DNA of 64,000 nt from Candidatus Bathyarchaeota archaeon (GTDB taxonomy: Archaea; Thermoproteota; Bathyarchaeia; Bathyarchaeales; Bathycorpusculaceae): positions 1,728,001 to 1,792,000 of the forward strand of contig OY969706.1 of NCBI GenBank assembly GCA_963702095.1, read 5' to 3'. The stretch's first letter is position 1; each line of letters begins with the position of its first letter. The notes under the pieces were generated by a model that worked only from the letters and a program-made list of their open reading frames with translations, ran no database searches and was not told the DNA's origin. Below are positions 40,309-50,915 of the stretch, piece after piece. Position numbers and translations under genes: made by a program.

Positions 40309-41988
40309 TTAGAGGTAGGCTTCTGTTACGTATCTGCGCATCATGCGGTGGCTGTTGAAGTAATACGCGATTTTTCCAATCGAGTTCTTCATAAGCCCGA
40401 TCCATTCGTCTCTGCGGTCATAATAGGTTGGGGTGATGACGTATTCGAGTTTGTTGTAGAGGTCCTCGAATTCTTTCTGGAAGCAAACGGGGTCGTCGAT
40501 GTTTTCGTTGGGGTGTGGTCCAATAGCCCAGCCGGTGAGGTTTTCTATCCAGCCCTCAATCCACCAGCCGTCGAGCACGCTGAAATTGAGGACGCCGTTG
40601 TGGGCTGCTTTCATGCCGCTGGTTCCAGACGCCTCCATCGGACGCAGTGGAGTATTTAACCACACATCCACGCCGCCCACCATTTTAGCAGCAATAGACA
40701 TGTCATAATTTTCTAAATACACGATTTCTAGGTCGCCCTTGAGTTGTTTGGCGTAGCTAAAGATTTGCTCGATTAAGCGTTTGCCGCCGCCGTCTCTTGG
40801 ATGTGCTTTGCCGGCGAATACTGCTTGGATTTTGGTTTTGTGGCTAATTGTGCGTAGCCGCTCAAGGTTAGAGAATAACAGCGTGGCACGTTTGTATTCG
40901 GTGGCTCGCCTAGCAAACCCCAATGTGAAGACATCGGGGTCAAGTTGGGCGTTGGCGGTTTGATTTGCGTAGTCAATAAGTGTCTGTTTTTGTTCTTGGT
41001 GTGCCTGCCAGATTTCGCCGTCGGGAATCAAATCCACTTTGGCGAGCAGTTCAGGCTCATTTGCCCAGCTGGGGAGGTATTCGTCGAATAGTTTGCGGTA
41101 GCTCTCTCCTGTCCAAGTGTAGGAGTGGACGCCGTTGGTTATGGCATGGATTTCGTAGCCTGTGAACATTTTGGAAGAGATTTCTTGGTGCCGTTTGGCG
41201 ACGCCGTTAACGTAGTTGCTGAGGTTGAGTGCGAGGCGCGTCATGTTGAGGCGTTCTTCGCCGCCGTAATCCTTGAGCAACGACAAATCGACTGTTTCGA
41301 GGACTTCGCGCACCAAGCCATAGTTGAAACGGTCATGTCCCGCTTCCACCGGCGTGTGAGTGGTAAAAACACAGAGTTCCTTGACTTTTTCCTCGGCCAT
41401 CGCGTATTTACGCATGAGTTCAACCGCTAAGAAGCTTGAGTGTCCCTCGTTCATGTGGTACTTGCGCACGTGGAAACCTAACGCGTCAAGCATGCGTACG
41501 CCGCCGAAACCCAAGATGGCTTCTTGTTTTAGGCGGTAGCGTTCGTCGCCGCCGTAGAGGTAATAGGTTATTTCACGATCCTGCGTTGCGTTGGCGTCGA
41601 AATCGGTGTCTAGGAACAACACTGGGACCACGCCACCTGGGATGCTTCTGTACTTGTAGAGCCAAGCCTTAACTTTGACTGTGCGTCCCTCGATCTGCAC
41701 GAAAACCTCGTTGGGCAGAAGCTTCATGAATTTTTCGGGGAACCATTCGTTAGGCTGTTCGGTTTGGCGGCCGTTTGCATCGAGTTTCTGCTTGAAATAG
41801 TTGCGGTGACTGATCAGGGTGACTCCGACGAGAGGCAGTTTCAAATCGGCGCTTGATCGTATGGCGTCGCCTGCTAGGGTGCCTAAGCCGCCTGCGTAAG
41901 TGGGAATCTCATTGGTTAAGCCTATTTCCATGGAGAAATAAGCGATTTTCTGCCCCTTTAGCACACCCTGTAAGTCATCGATTTGCAA
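40309..41988 (-). CDS. glgP: Alpha-glucan (glycogen/maltodextrin) phosphorylase
   Basis: AYFSMEIG, YAGGLG, HMNEGH, GFARRATEYKR and EASGTSGMK. Confidence 0.96.
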   Translation of the reverse strand: MQIDDLQGVLKGQKIAYFSMEIGLTNEIPTYAGGLGTLAGDAIRSSADLKLPLVGVTLISHRNYFKQKLDANGRQTEQPNEWFPEKFMKLLPNEVFVQIEGRTVKVKAWLYKYRSIPGGVVPVLFLDTDFDANATQDREITYYLYGGDERYRLKQEAILGFGGVRMLDALGFHVRKYHMNEGHSSFLAVELMRKYAMAEEKVKELCVFTTHTPVEAGHDRFNYGLVREVLETVDLSLLKDYGGEERLNMTRLALNLSNYVNGVAKRHQEISSKMFTGYEIHAITNGVHSYTWTGESYRKLFDEYLPSWANEPELLAKVDLIPDGEIWQAHQEQKQTLIDYANQTANAQLDPDVFTLGFARRATEYKRATLLFSNLERLRTISHKTKIQAVFAGKAHPRDGGGKRLIEQIFSYAKQLKGDLEIVYLENYDMSIAAKMVGGVDVWLNTPLRPMEASGTSGMKAAHNGVLNFSVLDGWWIEGWIENLTGWAIGPHPNENIDDPVCFQKEFEDLYNKLEYVITPTYYDRRDEWIGLMKNSIGKIAYYFNSHRMMRRYVTEAYL

Positions 41989-42358
41989 TTATGTTATGCC
42001 CCCTCTCTTGCGCTTAGAATCTGCCCTGTACTATTCTAAACGTAACTTATGCATTGGGTTGCGTTTAATATCTACCTTTCCGTAAAATACGTGTTTTCAT
42101 CGAGTGGTGTACAATAGAACATTTTTTTCATGAAATCGATTCAGGGCACTCTATTTTGCCGTCGAAGGCTCTGGGCTTTGATTGATTTTGTTTTTCTATT
42201 GTTAGATGAAGGCGGAGCGTCTCTTACTCTTCTTCTTCCTGTGGGCTTTGCTGGCGGCTGTTTTTTTGCTTCTGCGTTTGGCTTGGGTTGCTGGCTGGTT
42301 GTGGAGCAAGCCTCAATCAGAACACCAAACCTTTAGTCCACTGATTTAAAAAGGGAGA

Positions 42359-43513
42359 CTAAGTAGAGGGTGCTGGACGAGTGCCTAAAGGCACATGGAC
42401 AATTATTGTATCTGCGCCTCTCACGATGCGTAAGTCAACGTTTTGTCCAGGTAAAGTGTTCTCTTCAAGGTAGCTTGCTAAGTCATCGTTGTTGCGTATT
42501 GTCTGATTTACCTTGCCGTTATCCATGCCTACTAAAATGTCGTCAACTGTTAATTTGCCGTCACAGGGCCCGCCTCTTACAACCGAGGCGATTTTCCAGC
42601 CATAGGTAACCTTAGAGTTGCTTTCCTGCGCTAAGGGGTAACTCATGTCGGTTCCTGTGACGCCTAAATAGGAGTGCCCATTGTAGCCGCCCGTAGTAAT
42701 CAAAGACGGGATCTCCCGAAGAATAGTGTTGGAGGGAATAGCGAAGCCTAAACCCTGCGAATCGCTAACGATGGCAGTGGTTATGCCTACTACGTTGCCC
42801 ATGGAGTTAAGCAGTAATCCGCCCGAGTTGCCGGGGTTAATTGGTGTGCTGGTTTGGATAACGTTGGCTATGGCGTATTTATCGGCGGTGTCTTCGGTGA
42901 TGCTGCGTCCAGTTGCGCTGACGACGCCAGTGGTTAAGGAACCGACGAGACCATAGGGGTTTCCGATGGCTATTACGGGTTCGCCGACGCGCAGGGGAGA
43001 AGAACTAACGATTGTCACTGGTTTAAACTGGGATGAGTCTGCCCCGCTAACTGTGACTACGGCTAAGTCAGCGTAGGGGTCTTTACCTATGACGCTGGCG
43101 GGGTATCCTTTGCCACTGTTGAAGGTGACGCTTAACGAGGTTGTGTCTTCAACAACATGGTAGTTGGTTATGACAACGTATTGACCACCGTAATTGTAGA
43201 CAAAACCCGAACCCTGTACGCCGCCACCGTCACTTGTTTCCCCTTGAATCAGAACCACAGAGTCCTTCACGTTAGCGTACAGGTCAACCAGTGAAGTGCC
43301 ATTCTGCAGTATGGTGATGTTTTGGTACGTAACATTCTGGAAACCCTGAAGCCCCAAAAAGTCAGTCTGCAAGTTCGCCATCTGCCCAGTTAGGTTCTTG
43401 ACTTCTTGGTAGTTAACATAGAACATGAGTAATCCGCCGACGAGTAACCCTGCAACGAAGAGCAGTATGAATAGGCTGGCGGAGGCTTTAGTGGCACTCT
43501 TAGACGTTAACAC
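42359..43513 (-). CDS. Membrane-anchored HtrA/DegP-like serine protease with PDZ domain
   Basis: GSGF, TNYHVV, DLAV and INPGNSGG; C-terminal PDZ. Confidence 0.93.
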   Translation of the reverse strand: MLTSKSATKASASLFILLFVAGLLVGGLLMFYVNYQEVKNLTGQMANLQTDFLGLQGFQNVTYQNITILQNGTSLVDLYANVKDSVVLIQGETSDGGGVQGSGFVYNYGGQYVVITNYHVVEDTTSLSVTFNSGKGYPASVIGKDPYADLAVVTVSGADSSQFKPVTIVSSSPLRVGEPVIAIGNPYGLVGSLTTGVVSATGRSITEDTADKYAIANVIQTSTPINPGNSGGLLLNSMGNVVGITTAIVSDSQGLGFAIPSNTILREIPSLITTGGYNGHSYLGVTGTDMSYPLAQESNSKVTYGWKIASVVRGGPCDGKLTVDDILVGMDNGKVNQTIRNNDDLASYLEENTLPGQNVDLRIVRGADTIIVHVPLGTRPAPST

Positions 43514-43557
43514 TTAGGTACACCTCGAAACAGAATTACAGAATAAGAACATAAAAG

Positions 43558-44565
43558 TTACTGTACTCTGCGATCGATTAAGTCAAGTGCTTCAGGACCA
43601 GTACCGATCAAAGTGATGGGTATGCCTGTTCTGTTTTCAACCTCTTTTATGAAACCCTTGGCTTCCACGGGTAAATCATCAAACTCTCGGGCACTCCTAC
43701 AGGACGGGTAGAGCACATCGAGTTTAGTCATAGCACCCATCGTGGCTCCGTTGATCTTGGCAGTTTTCTTAGCTAACTCGAAATCGAAGGGTGCTGCCCT
43801 ACGGTCGCGTCCTGTTCCAGCGGCAACCTCAAACCAGCCCCGCTTCTGCGCTTCCTCCTTGCTGATTTCGCCGGGCAACGGTCCAGCGCCAACTCGGGTT
43901 ATGAATGATTTGTAGACTATGATGACGTCGTCGACTCTTGTGGGTCCAACGCCGGCTTCGGAGGCAATGGCGGATGCACCGGTATCTCTGCTGGTCACGT
44001 AGGGGTAGCCGCCGCTTAAGAAAAGGGACAACATAAAACCTTGAGTACCTTCCAGAAGCACCTTTTTGCCTTGGTCTAAGCCGTCGTTGACTTCGGCGAT
44101 TCCATCGCAGAGGTACGGTTGCAACTCAGGCATGTCTTTGGCAAGTTTTGCTGTGCGCCTCATGCGTTCTTCGATGGCTGGTCCGACACCCCAGCCGGTG
44201 GTGCCGATGCCCTTGTTCACGGCAGATGCCTTGTCTTGGTCGCTGTGCTTTTGCTCGATGATGGAGGCGTTTTTGTCTATGCCTACCCGTTTGGGGTCAA
44301 CTTGGGTTAACTCCATTTCCTTGAAGAACTGGCCGATGTGAACGTTTGAGCCTGCAGCGATTAGGAGCCGTGTTTTTGGGTTAATGAAAGCGGCTGGAAT
44401 CATGTGGAGAGCAAATTTTTTGTTTTCGTACCATACAGTGTGGGCTGCATTCACTGATCCTGTTCGAACGCAAAAGTCAAGGTTATCTTTTAGGGCTAAA
44501 TATGAGATTATTTTTCCTTTGCCTTCGTCTCCCCAGAAGGCGCCGACAATCACTTGGCATGGCAT
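43558..44565 (-). CDS. purA: Adenylosuccinate synthetase (short archaeal form)
   Basis: WGDEGKGK, LEGTQG, YPYVTS, TRVGAGP and TKLD. Confidence 0.96.
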   Translation of the reverse strand: MPCQVIVGAFWGDEGKGKIISYLALKDNLDFCVRTGSVNAAHTVWYENKKFALHMIPAAFINPKTRLLIAAGSNVHIGQFFKEMELTQVDPKRVGIDKNASIIEQKHSDQDKASAVNKGIGTTGWGVGPAIEERMRRTAKLAKDMPELQPYLCDGIAEVNDGLDQGKKVLLEGTQGFMLSLFLSGGYPYVTSRDTGASAIASEAGVGPTRVDDVIIVYKSFITRVGAGPLPGEISKEEAQKRGWFEVAAGTGRDRRAAPFDFELAKKTAKINGATMGAMTKLDVLYPSCRSAREFDDLPVEAKGFIKEVENRTGIPITLIGTGPEALDLIDRRVQ

Positions 44566-44615
44566 AACGTTTACCCTCTGAGAATTCAGCATAGCGCTTA
44601 TTTAAAGTTGTATGG

Positions 44616-44807
44616 TTAGCCGGATAGCTTTTCGGAGGATTTTTTGTCCTCGGTTATTAGTTCTGCTAATCGGTAGGTGACGTAGGCTGAGAAGCTTCGG
44701 ATGCCTTTTTTTATGGTATACTCTTCTTTCACTTTGAGCCATTCATTGAAAAAATAATCGTAAACTTCAGTCTTCACAGTGATGGTTTTGTAGCCCTTTT
44801 TCGGCGT
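44616..44807 (-). CDS. Small RHH-like protein (apparent ACG start), not in the ORF track
   Basis: (T/M)PKKGYKTITVKTEVYDYFFNEWLKVKEEY...SFSAYVTYRL; ACG behind GAGGGG; in-frame TAA five codons upstream. Confidence 0.72.
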   Translation of the reverse strand, partial: TPKKGYKTITVKTEVYDYFFNEWLKVKEEYTIKKGIRSFSAYVTYRLAELITEDKKSSEKLSG

Positions 44808-44826
44808 TGTGTTCCCCTCTTAGCAT

Positions 44827-44945
44827 AGTAACCGAACGTACATTTATATAAGGTTTAATGATACATGCGGTACTTCACCGTTAATTATATATTGTCAAAC
44901 GTACCGTAAAGTACGGAGACAAGTAGTTAGAGAGGAGTATCGGTT
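44827..44945. promoter_or_regulatory. Divergent promoter region with repeated GTAC boxes and short palindromes
   Basis: AACGTAC twice, CGGT-ACTTC-ACCG, CCGTA-AAG-TACGG, and TATA-like TTTATATAA and TTATATA. Confidence 0.5.
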
Positions 44946-45092
44946 TTGCCCAGAAAAGGTTACAAATGCATAACAGTGACAACAAAAATCCACGAGGACA
45001 TCAAAAAAAGAGCCAAAGAAACAAACCAAACAATCAAAGAATACATCGAATACCTACTCCAACAAGAGAAAGCCGCTAAAAAAGGAAAGTAG
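44946..45092 (+). CDS. Small RHH-like protein, paralog of 44616..44807
   Basis: MPRKGYKCITVTTKIHEDIKKRAKETNQTIKEYIEYLL; TTG behind GAGGAG. Confidence 0.72.
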   Translation: MPRKGYKCITVTTKIHEDIKKRAKETNQTIKEYIEYLLQQEKAAKKGK

Positions 45093-45095
45093 CCC

Positions 45096-45263
45096 TTGCC
45101 AGCCAAAATCATCCAGAGCAACGAACGCGTAGCCGAAGTACAATTCGTATGCGACGCATGCGGCAAATTGGTTAGAACAAGCATCATCCCAAAAAGCCAA
45201 GCAGACGCACTCTCAAACGATAAAATACTCTGCTGCCAATGCAAACACCATACCCGAAAATAA
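45096..45263 (+). CDS. Small zinc-ribbon protein
   Basis: MPAKIIQ...CDACGK...LCCQCK; starts 3 bp after the preceding stop. Confidence 0.65.
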   Translation: MPAKIIQSNERVAEVQFVCDACGKLVRTSIIPKSQADALSNDKILCCQCKHHTRK

Positions 45264-45272
45264 TTTTCTGCC

Positions 45273-45653
45273 TCAAGAGCGGCGTTTGAGCGCTTCAGAA
45301 TCGATAACTTCAAGCAGCTTAACTACGCGTTTACCCTTCAACTGCTTCTCAACCTCAGACACCGTGTTTCTAGCTTCACAAATTGTGTCAAGAACGATGC
45401 CTTTTTCTTCGTCAACAATGACAGGGTAAACCTGGCAGCCAGAGGGCCGATTTGAGTACACACTGCATCGCCGATTCGTCAGGTCGTAGAAGAAGCAGTA
45501 GCCTTCAAGGTTTTTTAGGGTAGCGTAGCCTTGCTTATCGAAGCGCACAAACTGGTTTCTGCGGTATCCCAATACTTCGAGGCGCTGAATATCTTTTTTT
45601 GAGAGCAGCATCTCTGTTTCGGTGCAGCATACTCCACAGTTTGAGCAACGCAT
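45273..45653 (-). CDS. YkgJ/CxxCxxCC family putative Fe-S or Zn cluster protein
   Basis: CSNCGVCC...CFFY...CSVYSNRPSGCQVYP. Confidence 0.9.
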   Translation of the reverse strand: MRCSNCGVCCTETEMLLSKKDIQRLEVLGYRRNQFVRFDKQGYATLKNLEGYCFFYDLTNRRCSVYSNRPSGCQVYPVIVDEEKGIVLDTICEARNTVSEVEKQLKGKRVVKLLEVIDSEALKRRS

Positions 45654-45704
45654 AACGGTGAATTAATGCGGCGGTATTTGTGCCTTTACCCGACGCGCGG
45701 TTGT

Positions 45705-45950
45705 TTATGCTGGGTTATTCATGAGGTTAACATTAATCATTTCTGCGTAGGCAATGGTTCGTAGTGGTATGCGTGTGTTTTTTCGGTTAGCTAGGTGGTA
45801 TTCGATTTGGTTGTTGTTTTTGCCTAAGCCCTTGTGGAGTCGTGTGAGTTGAACGTTGATGATTACTGCGCCGTCTTTTAGGTGTAGGTTCACGTTTCTT
45901 CCGATGTAGGATCTGGCGCTGTTTGCGCTGAAACTCTCCATGTTCACCAT
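45705..45950 (-). CDS. Small hypothetical protein, possibly Sm/LSm-like fold
   Basis: YIGRNVNLHLKDG...IPLRTI pattern. Confidence 0.6.
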   Translation of the reverse strand: MVNMESFSANSARSYIGRNVNLHLKDGAVIINVQLTRLHKGLGKNNNQIEYHLANRKNTRIPLRTIAYAEMINVNLMNNPA

Positions 45951-46215
45951 TCCTCTTCAGCATCGGCGATTTTGCTCCAGCACTGCTGGCAAATGGGCAG
46001 GTTTTCGCCTTTTATTTGGATATATAGTTTGATGTTTTCGCTTTTGCAGGTATCTTTCCAGGGGTTTCTACAATGCTCCATGTTTTTGCCTCAAAGTAGC
46101 GTTTGGCGTTTTTTGCTTATAAGGCACAGGTTTATGCGACTATTGCGTGGTGGGGAGGGGCAACTGAAAGTGAAAACTTAATACCCAGCGTCCACATTGG
46201 GCTAGTGAGAACTTT

Positions 46216-46662
46216 ATGGCGTTAACTGACCCAGTTGTGCTTATTGCCACAGTCACGGCTGTTATCCAAGTCATAGTCCTCTTTTTACTCATCTACGGCT
46301 ATACCTTAAAAGCCAAACTAGAGTATGCCCAACATGGAAAAGTCATGGCTTCAGCAGTCATAATCCATGCAGTAACGATAGTTTTGGTTATGCTTCCCTC
46401 CCTTGTCATAATAACATCGCCAAACTATGTCCTGCCTGAACCTGGAACACTATTCTATACAACCAGCATTGTTCATGTCGCTGCAGGCGCAATCGCATTC
46501 GCCTTAGGCATCGGGTTAGTTTTGGCTTGGCGGTTCAAAGACGTCAAAGGATGCTTTAAACGCAAAAGAATCATGGACCTTACAATAAGCCTATGGATTA
46601 TTGCATTGGTTTTAGGTGTTTCCCTCTATGTCGTCACTTACGGAACCCAACTGTTAATTTAA
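46216..46662 (+). CDS. DUF420-like four-TM membrane protein
   Basis: Four TMs with conserved-looking His residues (QHGKVM, IVHV). Confidence 0.72.
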   Translation: MALTDPVVLIATVTAVIQVIVLFLLIYGYTLKAKLEYAQHGKVMASAVIIHAVTIVLVMLPSLVIITSPNYVLPEPGTLFYTTSIVHVAAGAIAFALGIGLVLAWRFKDVKGCFKRKRIMDLTISLWIIALVLGVSLYVVTYGTQLLI

Positions 46663-47219
46663 AGATCAACGATCTCTGGGGTAATGGTTTCCTTTGTGAT
46701 TTTCAATAATCCCACCGAAAGTTGCCCCATAGACGTAGCTGGAACAGTGGGGCTGCCGGGGTTAATGAAGAGCGTTTTGTCCTCCCATTTAACGTTTGCA
46801 ACATGCGTGTGCCCATAAACAAAAACGTCGAAGCCATGCTCTTTTATGAGTTCCCTCATCTTGTTAAATCCGAAGGCGATGTCGGGGTCATGCATCACGC
46901 CGATTTTCCAGTCAAATACATGCAGCGTGTTTAGTCTAGGCAGGGCGCCGGCTACGTCCATACCATCCATGTTGCCGTGAACCGCTAAAACAGGCGCCAA
47001 CTGCTCCAACTCGTCCACAACCGCTAACTCCACTAAATCGCCTGCGTGTATGATGTAGTCTACTTTTTGGAAGATTTCGAGGACTCTTTGGGGTAGGATG
47101 TGGGCGTGTTTGGGGATGTGGGTGTCTGAGATTAAGCCGACGGTTTTGGCGGCTTTGAGTATGGGCGGTTCTTTACTTACGAGTGCTGTTCCACTTATCA
47201 TTATGTGGGTGCCTCCCAA
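46659..47219 (-). CDS. YfcE/MJ0936-family metallophosphoesterase
   Basis: ISDTH, HAGD, GNMD, GHTH and INPGS. Confidence 0.93.
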   Translation of the reverse strand: MGGTHIMISGTALVSKEPPILKAAKTVGLISDTHIPKHAHILPQRVLEIFQKVDYIIHAGDLVELAVVDELEQLAPVLAVHGNMDGMDVAGALPRLNTLHVFDWKIGVMHDPDIAFGFNKMRELIKEHGFDVFVYGHTHVANVKWEDKTLFINPGSPTVPATSMGQLSVGLLKITKETITPEIVDL

Positions 47220-47287
47220 ACAGGCGTACCAAGCTATCTATGGAATGCTATCAATAAAAAGGCATTCATGAAAAAAGAGGGAAGGCT

Positions 47288-48645
47288 CTAAGTCATGAAG
47301 CGCACCACGGTTTCATAGAAGACGCTTGTGCCCCAAACAAGGTTTTCTATGGTTAAGCGTTCGTCGATGCCGTGCATGCGTTTCTCGTATTCGTCGTTGG
47401 GTTCATCAGGCCGCACTGGGTGGAAGCCGTAGCAGACGCTGCCTGTTTCTCTGAAAAACCGTGAGTCGGTTCCGCCTGTGGTAAGAGTGGGGGTTAGGCG
47501 CAGTTCGGTTCAAGCTCTTTTAGTACGCTGGTTATGGCGCTGTAGAGGGAGGTTTGTGTGGTGGATTCTGAGCCGTCATGCATCTGGATTATTTCGTAGC
47601 TTAATTTGTCGTCCCCGACTTCTTTTAGCATGGTTTTGAATAGGTTAAGGGTTTGGTTTACGCTCTGTCCGGGTAAGACGCGGCAGTCGAAGGTGACCTC
47701 GCATTCGGAGGGGATTATGTTTTCTTTGCAGCCGCCCCGAATTATGGTTGGGGTGATGGTGGTTTTGGTTCGAGGTCTGATTTCCTCTGATAGGGCTTTG
47801 TCTTTTTTTGCGAGTTCATCGAGTATTTCCTCGCTTTGCCCCGGATTAGCCAGCAACCGATTGAATGTTTCTTGGTGCAGGGGGTTGCTTTTAGCAACTT
47901 CGGCTATGAACTCTTTTAGAGTTGAAACATACATTGTCGGCGGCTTATAGGCTGCCAGTTTCTCTATGACTTTGTTTATGCGTAGGATGGCGTTGTCAGC
48001 CATGTTCGGAGTTGACCCATGCCCCGGAGTGCCCTTCGCCTTAATCTTGAACCACAAAATGCCCTTCTCTGCCGTCTGAATGGGATACACGTTTCTGCCG
48101 TTCTGGGGAAACGCTGTTCCGCCTCCCTCGTTTAACACGTAGGGACACCAGACTTTTTCTTTGTGGCTACGCAACAGGTATCCTGCGCCTTCTTCACCGC
48201 CTGCTTCTTCGCCTGCAGTCGCAGCTAAAACGACGTCGCCTTTGAGGGCAACATTGTTTTTCTTAAGCAGCTTTAGCGTTAAAACTTCGACGGCGGTCAT
48301 ACCCTTCATGTCGATAGCGCCTCTGCCATAGACGTAGCCGTCTTTTACTGTGCCGGCAAACGGGTCCACGGTCCATTCGGCGGGATTCGCTGCAACCACG
48401 TCTAAGTGTGAGAGCAGTAGCAAGTTGGGTTTTTGGCCTGTTCCTTTGAGGCGGGTTACTACGCTGCCTCTGCCGGGGTCGGATTCGAAGATTTCGGATT
48501 CGAAGCCGTCTTTGGCAAGGTAGTCTGCGAGGAAGTGGGCTGCTTTGGTTTCGTTGCCAGGGGGGTTGGTGGTGTCTATTTGGATTAACTGTGAGAGGAA
48601 GCTTGTGATTTCCTCTTCGATTTCTTTTTGGATTTTTATGGGCAT
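47288..48645 (-). CDS. M20/M25/M40 family metallopeptidase/deacylase (frameshift near 47497)
   Basis: SHLDVV, GRGAIDMKG, NEGG and GHGS; the shifted frame continues LTPTLTTGGTDSRFF...MHGIDER to a stop at 47288. Confidence 0.9.
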
Positions 48646-48804
48646 AAACCGGGCTCCTGTCATGGTTTAGGCGGTTTTTTCTCTTAAGTATTCTGTTTCT
48701 GAGCTTTGAGGTTTTTTTGAAAAAATTTTAGTTATTCAACAACGATGTTTATATACTATGTCAAAAAATGCTTATTGAACCATAAAAATTACGAGTTGAG
48801 CGCA

Positions 48805-49317
48805 ATGAAAGAGCTAAAACCAATAGATTACAAAATTCTGTTTGAGCTAATGAAGGACTCACACAGAAGCGACCGACAATTAGCTAAAGCCCTGGGTGTT
48901 TCCCAGCCTACCGTGACCCGAAGACGAGCCATGTTAGAAGAAAACTTTATTGAAGGATACACTGTTATACCCAAATTCGGCCAAATCGGGTTTGAGATCG
49001 CAGCCATAACCTTCTTGAAGAGCAAACTAAAATACGAAACAGGCGACCAAAAAACCGCTGCTCTACAAAAAATGAAAGAATGGTACATGAAAAAGACCAA
49101 TGTCATTTTGGTTTTAGACGGCAGAGGCATGGGTTGGGATACAGTTTGCATTTCACTGCATGAAAATTTTGCAAATTTCGCCGAGTTCATCCGAGCTCAT
49201 GATTCGGAGTTGTCGGATTGGGTGGTTGAAAGCCAAACTTTCAATGCTGACCTCAAAGGCGGAATCGTCATCAAACCATTCCACCTCAAATACCTTGCTT
49301 CTCTGAAGCAACAATAA
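48805..49317 (+). CDS. Lrp/AsnC-family transcriptional regulator
   Basis: IDYKILFELMKDSHRSDRQLAKALGVSQPTVTRRR. Confidence 0.9.
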   Translation: MKELKPIDYKILFELMKDSHRSDRQLAKALGVSQPTVTRRRAMLEENFIEGYTVIPKFGQIGFEIAAITFLKSKLKYETGDQKTAALQKMKEWYMKKTNVILVLDGRGMGWDTVCISLHENFANFAEFIRAHDSELSDWVVESQTFNADLKGGIVIKPFHLKYLASLKQQ

Positions 49318-49622
49318 ACTTCTTTTTAGCCCTCCATTCTTATCCTTATTTATTTTTAAAAAAAACATGACTAAACCAGAACACCTTGCCGTTGCTAAGA
49401 AATAACACTATAATATATGTGAACCCTTGGAAAGGATTTAGTGGGGTTTAACTTTTTTGAGGAACCGTTTCTTGGGCAATTTGGGTTTTTTGACCCGTTC
49501 TGCATCAGCAGTCAAACCGATCAACCAATAGAATATTGGTTTGAAGCAAATATAAAATGAATGCATTTCCCTCGGAATATGGGTCATTGTCAATGTACCT
49601 ATAATGGGAGGGTGTCGGCGGT

Positions 49623-50915
49623 TTATTCGACAACGGGTTTCTTGTTTTTGTTGCCGAACCGCAGTTTTGCTGTGAGGATTTTCTCGGTTGCAAACAGCCG
49701 TGAAGCAATGTACATTATAACGACTGTGAAGGCGGCAACATAGATTATGCCTAAGATGACGGTTAAGTAGTTGCCTGCGACGACTTCTTTGGCGGCGATT
49801 ATGGGTTGACTGTAGGGAATGGCGTATAAGACTGCTTGCAAGGGGAGTGGCAGCGAGTTGATGTCGAGGTAGATCAATGCCATGGCTGGTAGGAAGATCA
49901 AAGGGTAGATGTAGCCGACAAGTGCCTGTGCGCCGCGGACGTTTTCGCTAAACGCTGACATTACCACTGCCAGTGCCAACGCAGAGAGCAACGTAAAGAA
50001 CAAGCTTATACCCAAGAGAACATAGCCGCCGAAGCTGGGAACAAGCCCCAACGCGACGAGATTTATACCTGCACCTCCAGTAGTGCTCGTGATGCCCATT
50101 GAAATCGAACCGAGCATGTAGTTGTAGCCTATTAGCACAGTGACTGCGGCGACGCCTGCGACGATGATTGTGCTTGAGACTTTTCCCATCAAAATCGCGA
50201 AGCGATCAACTGGTGTTGTTAGGAGGGTTTCGAGGGTTTTTTCTTCTTTTTCCATGGCAACGCTGGTTGCAGCAATCTGCATCGCATACGTCAACATAAT
50301 CATAATGGTAATTGGCAACGCAATGGATTGGGAAAGCATCAATCCGCCTAAAACGCTGGCGTCTACGCCTTCTTGGATTTGACCTTTGATAATGCTTGAC
50401 TGGGAAACCACAACTAAGTCGGGTGCGACGGCGCGGTTGAAACCTTCTACCAGTAGCGATACGCTTGAGCCGCCGATGCCGCTAAAGATACTGCCGCCGC
50501 CGTTGAACACGCCGTAAACTGCAACGGTGCCTGTGACGTCATAGTTGCCTGCGGCATGTTGCGTCAAATTAGCACTGAAATCCCGCGGTATAACCACAAA
50601 CAGGGAGCTATTGTACTGCGTAAGCAGGGCTTGGTCTACGATTTGCTGCGGTTGTGTGTCGTTTATGACGGAGACGTTCATGCTGGCGTTCATGTATCTC
50701 ACAAACGTACTGCTCCAGTTGCCGTTGTCGTTATCCACAATCAGCAATGTTGAACGGAGCGCTTCGTTCTGCGCGGTCTCCACTGCATAACCCAACACTA
50801 GCCCCAAAACCGGGAACATAATCAGGGGCAAAACAATCATGCCTATGAGGATTTTGGGGTCGCGCCCTAGCTCTTTTAGTTCCTTAAGCAGAATTGTTGT
50901 GAAGCCCTTAAGCAT
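49623..50915 (-). CDS. ABC-2 (NatB-like) exporter permease
   Basis: KELKEL.RD and EKEEKTLETLLTTPV...GK. Confidence 0.92.
   Translation of the reverse strand: MLKGFTTILLKELKELGRDPKILIGMIVLPLIMFPVLGLVLGYAVETAQNEALRSTLLIVDNDNGNWSSTFVRYMNASMNVSVINDTQPQQIVDQALLTQYNSSLFVVIPRDFSANLTQHAAGNYDVTGTVAVYGVFNGGGSIFSGIGGSSVSLLVEGFNRAVAPDLVVVSQSSIIKGQIQEGVDASVLGGLMLSQSIALPITIMIMLTYAMQIAATSVAMEKEEKTLETLLTTPVDRFAILMGKVSSTIIVAGVAAVTVLIGYNYMLGSISMGITSTTGGAGINLVALGLVPSFGGYVLLGISLFFTLLSALALAVVMSAFSENVRGAQALVGYIYPLIFLPAMALIYLDINSLPLPLQAVLYAIPYSQPIIAAKEVVAGNYLTVILGIIYVAAFTVVIMYIASRLFATEKILTAKLRFGNKNKKPVVE

Noticed and set aside
42130-42336. Short ORFs on either strand between glgP and the HtrA gene, and most antisense ORFs in the track
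   Set aside because: Low-complexity or shadow frames with no motif support
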